From positions 1-64,000 of the forward strand of contig MEQL01000049.1 in assembly GCA_001770205.1 (NCBI GenBank): a DNA stretch of 64,000 nucleotides. Direction: 5' to 3'. The notes below the pieces were generated by a model. The model saw only the letters and a program-made list of their open reading frames with translations, was not told where the DNA came from and did no database searches. The translations under genes and the position numbers were made by a program. Positions 1 to 6,907 of the stretch are shown one piece after another. The first letter of the stretch is position 1. Each line of letters begins with the position of its first letter. This stretch comes from Bdellovibrionales bacterium RIFOXYD12_FULL_39_22. Its GTDB lineage: Bacteria > Bdellovibrionota > Bacteriovoracia > Bacteriovoracales > Bacteriovoracaceae.

Positions 1-10
1 ATTGTAACAT
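1..10 (-). CDS. Start of a gene running off the left edge (partial)
   Basis: Minus-strand ATG at 10-8 preceded by a strong AAGGAGG ribosome-binding site. Confidence 0.4.
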
Positions 11-90
11 AAAGTATGCCTCCTTATTTGATAACTATTTTTCAAGGATGGCAGATAAATCAGACTAAATCACTGACTGCTGTGAAAGCC

Positions 91-327
91 TTACATTAAG
101 CACCGGTTGGCAATTGAACCAGCTCCTTGTTCTGCAATATATTGGCACAAATCGAGACCATATATGGAATAATACCCAGAGTTTACTATTTGATCGCATT
201 CATTTGCGGTACTAGAGAAGCTCGTCCTTCCCACTTCGTCGCAGACATTTTGAGGAGTGAGGGAGTATGCAAACGAAAGATTACTAAATACAGTACTTGC
301 TAATAAAAGGACTAAAACTTGTTTCAT
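91..327 (-). CDS. Small secreted Cys-containing hypothetical protein (cassette-like gene)
   Basis: MKQVLVLLLAS..SFA signal peptide; GAGG RBS before ATG 327; about 20 bp downstream of repeat R1. Confidence 0.6.
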   Translation of the reverse strand: MKQVLVLLLASTVFSNLSFAYSLTPQNVCDEVGRTSFSSTANECDQIVNSGYYSIYGLDLCQYIAEQGAGSIANRCLM

Positions 328-348
328 AATAACCTCACTCACTTTCCT

Positions 349-471
349 AATATTAAAAATCTGGGCCATGCTCGTTATTTCTCAATCTTTGCGATCCTGC
401 TCCGAAAAGCTCATCTTTCTGCGCAAGATCTATTATCCGCCAACATTCCCGAGCACAGTCTGCTTATAACT
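349..471. repeat. 123-bp intergenic repeat R1 (att-like, central hairpin)
   Basis: AATATTAAAAATCTGGGCCATGCTCGTTATTTCTCAA...; gap-free alignment to 2598-2720 and 3258-3380. Confidence 0.9.
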
Positions 472-493
472 AGATTAAGAAGTTTAGCTCCGT

Positions 494-862
494 TTAATTT
501 TTTTGTTCTAAGTTTGGATCAATAATACACATTGAAGTTGCTTCAGCTAGTTCCGTTAATCTTTTTGAAAGTTCTTTTGCATGAATTGGCATTCTCTGTC
601 TGTACAAGTAAGCAATCTCATCAACTCGTTGAACATCCCGCGCTCCAGTAGCGTCTGCGGCTATAAATTGAGCATCTGCTGATAATGCATATAAAATTCC
701 TTCTAATTGAGACTTATAACGACTACATGTTTTAACTCTCGCGATCTGCTCTTTTCGGTCCTGTATCTGTTGATCTCCCATTTCTTTGAGATCTTGTACT
801 AAAGTGTCCGCAAAAGTTGAAACTGCAAAAAAAGTTAATAAGCCGGCAATCATTTTTCTCAT
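494..862 (-). CDS. Secreted hypothetical protein (cassette-like gene)
   Basis: MRKMIAGLLTFFAVSTFA signal peptide; AAGGAGA RBS before ATG 862. Confidence 0.7.
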   Translation of the reverse strand: MRKMIAGLLTFFAVSTFADTLVQDLKEMGDQQIQDRKEQIARVKTCSRYKSQLEGILYALSADAQFIAADATGARDVQRVDEIAYLYRQRMPIHAKELSKRLTELAEATSMCIIDPNLEQKN

Positions 863-886
863 AATTTTCTCCTTGTTCATTAATCA

Positions 887-920
887 AATATTAAAAATCT
901 GGGCCATGCCCGTTATTTCT
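887..920. repeat. Truncated repeat copy R2 (first 34 bp only)
   Basis: AATATTAAAAATCTGGGCCATGCCCGTTATTTCT matches R1 at 33/34 positions, then diverges abruptly. Confidence 0.85.
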
Positions 921-1058
921 AAAGCAGGCGAAACCTCCATCTGGACACGCATTATTATATAAGCTCAGTGTAGTGCAAAGTTGAGTGCAATAATATAGTA
1001 ACTATTAGTAGCTGTAATTTTTTACCATCCTGTCAATTTTTTTTACATTTAATAAAAC

Positions 1059-1224
1059 TAAGAAGGCGCAAGGACGAAACCATAACGGGATTGAGCATGG
1101 ATATGGCTCCAACTCGGATCTAATTTGTTCGGAGATCTACTCCAAGGACGCAGAATTGTTCTCAAGATTTATTTTTGAAGACGGATAGCAAAGTTTGCAT
1201 TTTTCTAGATTGCCTACCTTCTTA
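1059..1224 (+). ncRNA. Candidate IS110 bridge/seek RNA
   Basis: Non-coding region upstream of transposase closed by TAAGAAGG (1059-1066) / CCTTCTTA (1217-1224), with internal hairpins. Confidence 0.5.
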
Positions 1225-1248
1225 TTAACTTTTTTGGGGAGGTATTTA

Positions 1249-2510
1249 ATGGAGTCAATTCACAATGCAGTCGCTGGTGTAGATGTTCACCAATAAAAAC
1301 TAACCATCACAACATTAGTTGGAAAAGATTCCGGCAAAATCACCAAAACAACGTGGGGAGTGCGCCACTTACACCGATGATTTAGTTGCTGCTGGCAAAA
1401 AAATTAAATCACTCGGTGTTACTGAAGTTGCGATGGAGAGCTCCGGTGTCTACTGGAAACCTGTTTTCAATGTCTGGTCCAAGATGGGGATTAACATCAC
1501 CCTGGGTAATGCCTATCACATCAAAAATGTTCCTGGCAGGAAAACTGACATTAAAGACAGTGAATGGCTTGCTCAACTCCATCGCAATGGACTCATCAGG
1601 CCCTTTATATCCCGGCAGAAGAGTTTAGGAAATTACGAGATCTGACTCGCCATCGAGGGAATCTTGAAAAGGACATTATTGATGTTAAAAACAGGATTCA
1701 AAGGACCTTGGAGGATGGGAATATTAAACTGAAGTCAGCTATCTCAAACGTCTTTGGTGTCGCTGGTAGAAAAGTTTTAAAGGCCATCATAGAGGGGGAA
1801 AAAGATCCTGATGTTTTGGCCGGCCTTGTTGACACTAATGTAAAAGCGAAAAAGGAGGTGATTAAAAAATCGCTAAATCATACTATAGATGAGACAAATT
1901 TATTTCTTCTGAACAATATGTACAGTCAATTACTATACCTTGAACATCTTGCACAAGAGTTGGGAAAAAAAATGACGATATGATGACACCCTATAACGAG
2001 TTTATTAAAAAGTTAGATAAAATACCCGGAATCGATAAAATTACAGCACAAATCATTATTGCTGAGGGCACAACGGATATGAAAAAATTTAAAGACGCAA
2101 AGTCATTTGCGGCCTGGGCGGGAGTGGCATCTGGGAACCATGAATCTGCTGGTAAAAAAAAGAGGGCCAAAGCACGCAAAGGTAATCCAGCGTTAAAGAA
2201 GGCACTTGTTATTGCTGCCAATGGTGCAGTAAAAAAGAAAAACACATTCTACAATGCCAAGTATTTCCGACTAACTATGAAAACGGGACCAGCAAACAAG
2301 GCAAAAGTCGCTATTGCAAACAGAATGGCCATGGCGATCTACTGTATATTATCCAAAAATAACGTACGATATCATGAGATGGGTACTGCAAGGGTGGTGG
2401 ATGAGGGGAAAAAAATTAAAAATCTTATCAATCAGCTAAAATCTTTAGGGGTTGAAGTAAACCATTGTACAAAAGAAAAAATTGAAGCTGTGGTAAAAGT
2501 CTCGGCATAA
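1249..2510 (+). pseudogene. IS110-family DEDD recombinase/transposase pseudogene
   Basis: GGAGG RBS, ATG 1249; motifs GVDVH, VAMESSGVYW, GRKTDIKDSEWLA, IPGI, ESAGK, AIANRM; in-frame TAA 1294-1296 and three frameshifts (about 1356, 1605, 1970). Confidence 0.92.
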
Positions 2511-2597
2511 GTTGGTTTAAAAATTTTATAATAATTCAGTCTTTGATTTAAAGACCAGGGGAGGATTTTGCTCTTTGAAAAAGTTCGCTTATATAGC

Positions 2598-2720
2598 AAT
2601 AGTAAAAATCTGGGCCGCGCCCGTTATGTCTCAACTTTTTTGGTCTTGCTCAGAAAAGCTTATCTTTCTGCGCAAGAACTATTATCCGCCAATGTTACCA
2701 AGCACAAGTCACTTACAATC
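2598..2720. repeat. 123-bp repeat R3
   Basis: Aligns without gaps to R1/R4; abuts stop codon at 2721. Confidence 0.9.
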
Positions 2721-3209
2721 TTAGTTAATGGCATCTAATACTTTGTTTACGGATTCTTCAATTGAATTATATGTGTTATCAATTTTTTTTGATTTCATTT
2801 CATCATACAAGTTTGAATTAATAATACTATCTAGAAAAATTTCATCTTCTATACCACGCTGACGAAGCCTTTTTTTCAACTCTTCTTCCAAGCATGTTAT
2901 AGTTACTATTACTAATTTATAATCAATATCCTTAAGTTTGCTGAGAAATCTTTTAAAAACTACTTCTTTGTCAATTACCCAACTAAAAATAACATTTTGA
3001 TAAAAAGTATTATTCAGATAGTTTCGAAGAAGGAATAGAGTATTACTTTCAATCATATTAATATTTTCATCAGTAAAGCATATAGGATTCATCATCCAGC
3101 ACCAGTCAGCATCAAGCCAGATGCTTTTGTCCATTTTTTTATAAAGGACTTTGCATATCGATGATTTTCCTACGGCCATATTGCCATTTATTATAATCAG
3201 TTTTTTCAT
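2721..3209 (-). CDS. P-loop nucleotide kinase / AAA-like ATPase (cassette-like gene)
   Basis: Walker A GNMAVGKS at N-terminus, WLDADW motif, kinase-lid LKKRLRQR; very AT-rich. Confidence 0.85.
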   Translation of the reverse strand: MKKLIIINGNMAVGKSSICKVLYKKMDKSIWLDADWCWMMNPICFTDENINMIESNTLFLLRNYLNNTFYQNVIFSWVIDKEVVFKRFLSKLKDIDYKLVIVTITCLEEELKKRLRQRGIEDEIFLDSIINSNLYDEMKSKKIDNTYNSIEESVNKVLDAIN

Positions 3210-3257
3210 TTTAATTATGTAGCCTTTGTGAAGCAGATAGAGATTTTCTCTAAACCT

Positions 3258-3380
3258 AATATTAAAAATCTAGGTCATGCCCATTATTTCTCAACTATCG
3301 TGATCTTGCTCAGAAAAGCCCGCCTTTCCGCGCCAGATTCATTATCTGCCAACGCTCCCATTCACAGTTCACTCATTAAT
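3258..3380. repeat. 123-bp repeat R4
   Basis: Aligns without gaps to R1/R3; abuts stop codon at 3381. Confidence 0.9.
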
Positions 3381-3776
3381 CTAGTATTTGCTGATTCTCG
3401 AAATTTCAACATAATGATCTCCAGAAAGAGTTGTTTGAACTAATCCATTTGAAGAAATATCTAAAATTTCTGTTTTCATTTGATCAAACGCATAATTTTG
3501 AATAACAGTTTCTCCAATTTTAAAAGTTACTCTATTAAAAAACCTAAACTCGCTATAGCTATCAACGCTCTTGTATTTTTTTATTCTCGAAATTTCAACA
3601 TAATGATCTCCAGAAAGAGTTGTTTGAACTAATCCACTTGAAGAAATATCTAAAATTTCTGTTTTCATTTGATCAAACGCATAATTTTGAATAACAGTTT
3701 CTCCAATTTTGAAATCTGCGCCCAATGTCAGATAACTTGTTACAATCAGCAATAATATAAAAAGCTGCTTTCTCAT
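3381..3776 (-). CDS. Secreted hypothetical protein with two near-identical 44-aa repeats (cassette-like gene)
   Basis: MRKQLFILLLIVTSYLTLGA signal peptide, AAGGGG RBS; FKIGETVIQNYAF...VEISRI occurs twice. Confidence 0.75.
   Translation of the reverse strand: MRKQLFILLLIVTSYLTLGADFKIGETVIQNYAFDQMKTEILDISSSGLVQTTLSGDHYVEISRIKKYKSVDSYSEFRFFNRVTFKIGETVIQNYAFDQMKTEILDISSNGLVQTTLSGDHYVEISRISKY
3394..3714. repeat. 132-bp intragenic direct repeat (3394-3525 and 3583-3714)
   Basis: Two mismatches seen by eye; 189-bp period. Confidence 0.9.
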
Positions 3777-4003
3777 AAATGATCCCCTTATTTCAACCAA
3801 ATAATTAATATTCAAAACACACTCATAAATCGTCTACGTTAGTGAGTGTAGCATGAGGGCAGAGGCCAAATGTTGGAAAAAAAAATTTATGTCCACAATT
3901 ACATACTCTGTACAAGAATTGTGCAGGCATAACATCTTGGAATCTTACCAACCCAGCAGATCATAACTTATTAATCTGAACACTCGGCTATCACGAATGG
4001 CCT

Positions 4004-4394
4004 GTGTATCAACTGACTGCAACACTCGACGCCTTGGGCCTTATAATGGCCTCGCGGCGATCAATTCATAGAACTTTTTTCTATCCTTATTCCTTGTATT
4101 TTGGCACTTACGAAGACATTATTCAGACATTCGCATCATGGAGAATTTTAGACCTGACCACCCTTTTGAAAAAAGTTGACTACAATTATTCACACCAGGC
4201 ATTTGCAAAAAGATTGAAGAAGCTAGAGGATTCTGGTTACCTTTCATCTGTCTATTTTTAAAACTATCGCAAGTATCTATCGCAAGTATCTTTTTTTGAC
4301 AGAGAAAGGATTGTCAAAGGCCGGACTAACTAAAGCGTGGGCGGGGAACAAGAAGATTATTCAAAAACATTTGCTAATCTTAAAGATGCGATAA
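4004..4394 (+). pseudogene. Degenerate winged-helix protein (replication-relaxation-like), mobile-element remnant
   Basis: KRLKKLEDSGYL..*NYRKYLFLTEKGL recoverable after an in-frame TAA (4259-4261) and a 13-bp tandem duplication (4264-4289). Confidence 0.45.
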
Positions 4395-4588
4395 CGTGGC
4401 AGGCCAATTTTCACCCTTCACTTCCTGATGTAGTTGTAAAAAATATCTGCAACCGTGGCCTGCTTGAGCAGCTGGCCATTAATTTCATGGTATAGATTCC
4501 TGCGAAAACATGTTTTTTTAATAGCTTTAATTTTTTTTACTCATGGAATGTAGATAAAACAAGGAAAATTATCGTATAGGTAGATTTT

Positions 4589-5415
4589 TCAACCATTAAG
4601 ATAATTAAGCCCCATCAGCAGCGCCTCTAATTTTTGAATTATTAGTTTCTCCTCTTCCTCACTACTTGTTCTAGAGAGGACGATCATACTTCGCGCCAAT
4701 TTTTCCTTGCGTATAGAATCACTCAAAATATTTTTTATTAGTTGCACATGATCTTCGTTGGTAAAATTTTTAATTCGAAGGCCCATTAACGCAACTACCG
4801 CCGAACTAGATTCGTGGTCGAATTTTTCTAAAATATCAATATGATTATCTAATAAACATTCGTAGGCGTCAGGATCTATTTTTTCGTAGTTGGAAATGAT
4901 ATAGTTTATATCTTGAGCATCTCTTTGCCGGGAGGGATTTTCGTTCCAGGAGACAATTTTTAAGGCCACCAGCATTTCCGGAGTAACTACTTTTACTTCG
5001 CTTTTTCCAAACCTTATAACTTTCGAACTATTCAAGGCTTGTTGATAACCAGTTACGGTTACAATCGAGTCATAAAAGGGCGGCCATGATACCTGGCCAT
5101 TTTACTCGACGCCCCCAAAGGGCAAAAGATCAAAAGGAGTACCATTATAGTAATATCTCGACTTGTTTTTTTCGCTGTTACCCGGCCTGATCTTGGAGTC
5201 TTGTCAAAATAAGTCGCGCAGTAATTCTAATGTATCCCAAGAGTCAATCAAAAGCGCAAAATCTACATCAGAGGTTTTTCTAGGAGAGAGCGCGCTAATC
5301 CTGCTTCTTGGGAGATTATATCTCGTGCCATTGCCCCTACGATGAAAAAATCAATGTTTAGATATTTAAAGTGTTTGCCAAGTCCTTCGACAATATTTTC
5401 AAAATCAGTATTCAT
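4589..5415 (-). pseudogene. Nucleotidyltransferase toxin (AbiEii-like) pseudogene
   Basis: Reconstructed MNTDF..FFIVGAMARD..RKTSDVDF..DLLPFGG..LKIVSW..RDAQD; frameshift in GA run about 5284-5290, stops TGA 5204-5206 and TAA 5102-5104. Confidence 0.85.
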
Positions 5416-6442
5416 ATTTGGCAAGTGTGGTTTTAATTTGCTTTTTTAGAATTTCGGCAGTTTCAAGATTTCTATCAATTCCCGAATTAAGTAGTTCACA
5501 ATAGGTAATAAAATCAGGAATGGTGCCATCGTTGTTATTTAATTCAGTCGGCCAAAAACATTTGGAGATTTTTATCTGGCCTTTAGGATCTTTTTTTAAG
5601 CGAAGTATTTTTAATAAAGAAGAGATATTATCCTCATATGTATAAATATTAAAAAATTCTGGCGTCAGGTAATCCGTGCGGATTGCGGCGGCCGCTTCAC
5701 CCCCCCAGTATGAATCTGTGGTAATGGATTTTTTTTTCCATGATCCAAAAAAGCTATTATCAAGAGGAGAAAATTTCCCCAAGAGGTTATTCTTTTTTGT
5801 CTCAAAATCTAAAAGAGAAATTCGACATCTTGCGGCCAGATCTTCAAAACGGCCAAAATAGCGCTGTCTGTTTTTGGAAATAATTAATTTATAACTATAA
5901 AAATTTTTCAACGCTTTATTAACAGCCCCCAATGACAGATCAAGCTTTTCTGCCAGATCTCTCTGGGTAAAGGTCAACGCCTCTGGGCGACAGGCCAAAT
6001 ATAGCATTAATTTAATGTTGCTTTCTGCGCGCAAACCCTTTTGCTTAATTGGGTTGTCGATCGTGAGCGTTTTGCTTTTGGAAAGAAGTAGATTTAGAGG
6101 AAGAAACAATTTTTTGTCAATTTCATAAAAACCAATCCCTTGTTCTTTTAAACTATCTTCAATTTTTTGTTCAATAGAGTATGCTACTAAAATGCTAATC
6201 CCTTCAAAATTTTTGGCAATCTCTATAAAACGTTTGAGTTGAGTTATGTGAGAAACTTGTTCCTTGGTCTCAATTAAGATTGGAACTTCGATTGTTCCAA
6301 CTTGGAGAGACAAAAAGAAATCTGGAGAGTAGTTGATTCCGATAGGAACCTTTCCATGATTTTCGACTATTTTCAATCCCAGCTCTTCATCAAAAAGGTG
6401 TTCAATTTTTGCCAGGTACTGTTTTTCTAGCTTATTGTCCAT
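5405..6442 (-). CDS. Type IV toxin-antitoxin AbiEi-family antitoxin / transcriptional regulator
   Basis: HTH (TQRDLAEKLDLSLGAVNKAL), YWGGEAAA motif; overlaps the toxin start; upstream TTG start at 6454 possible. Confidence 0.8.
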   Translation of the reverse strand: MDNKLEKQYLAKIEHLFDEELGLKIVENHGKVPIGINYSPDFFLSLQVGTIEVPILIETKEQVSHITQLKRFIEIAKNFEGISILVAYSIEQKIEDSLKEQGIGFYEIDKKLFLPLNLLLSKSKTLTIDNPIKQKGLRAESNIKLMLYLACRPEALTFTQRDLAEKLDLSLGAVNKALKNFYSYKLIISKNRQRYFGRFEDLAARCRISLLDFETKKNNLLGKFSPLDNSFFGSWKKKSITTDSYWGGEAAAAIRTDYLTPEFFNIYTYEDNISSLLKILRLKKDPKGQIKISKCFWPTELNNNDGTIPDFITYCELLNSGIDRNLETAEILKKQIKTTLAKYEY

Positions 6443-6471
6443 TTTTTGCTCCAATCACCTATATAATACCC

Positions 6472-6513
6472 ATTATAGCACATATTCTATTTTAAGTGAA
6501 CATATGCTAGAAT
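6472..6513. promoter_or_regulatory. Imperfect inverted repeat upstream of AbiEi, candidate autoregulatory operator
   Basis: TAGCACATATTC (6476-6487) / GAACATATGCTA (6498-6509), 10/12 complementary. Confidence 0.45.
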
Positions 6514-6907
6514 GTGAACACGACATTAAATATCAAGTATATAGCAAAGAATGTTCATGATGTCGTTGCAGTTTGCGAAATTATAAACATTGTCAACAAA
6601 CGAAAATATACGAACAGTGACATTTGTTTAAGACTTCGGGGAATTAGATCAATGCGACAAAAAAATGCCCTCAAGTTGTCTTTAAGTGGGAAGCTGGACT
6701 TAGTAAAAACTGAAATTTGCAAAATTGTTTTGGGCCATAAGTTTGATCAAAATATCTTAGATAATTTTAAGGTGGGGATCGGCGTAAACGGTAGAATAAT
6801 TTTTAGATTTCATGATCTTGCTCTGTTGTTTTTTCTATTTACTTGCATATGCTTCTTCCGCTATCCTCTTTTTGATTTATTTTTTCTAATTTTATCTCGA
6901 GGATACA

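Larger units (their letters stand above)
949..2598 (+). mobile_element. IS110-family insertion sequence (degenerate); ends approximate
   Basis: IS110 transposase remnant; sub-terminal inverted repeat TATATAAGC (956-964) / GCTTATATA (2587-2595); GCA at both inferred junctions; long upstream non-coding region. Confidence 0.75.

Noticed and set aside
349..471. Canonical attC call
   Set aside because: No terminal RYYYAAC/GTTRRRY pair and outer arms pair poorly; reported as non-canonical instead
319..525. Plus-strand peptide NIKNLGHARYFS... (also ORF 3228-3443)
   Set aside because: Translation of the repeat; substitutions hit all codon positions and there is no shared start or RBS. The frame is open in all three copies, so not fully excluded
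349..3380. CRISPR array interpretation of the repeats
   Set aside because: Repeats are 123 bp, divergent and separated by whole genes; no cas genes
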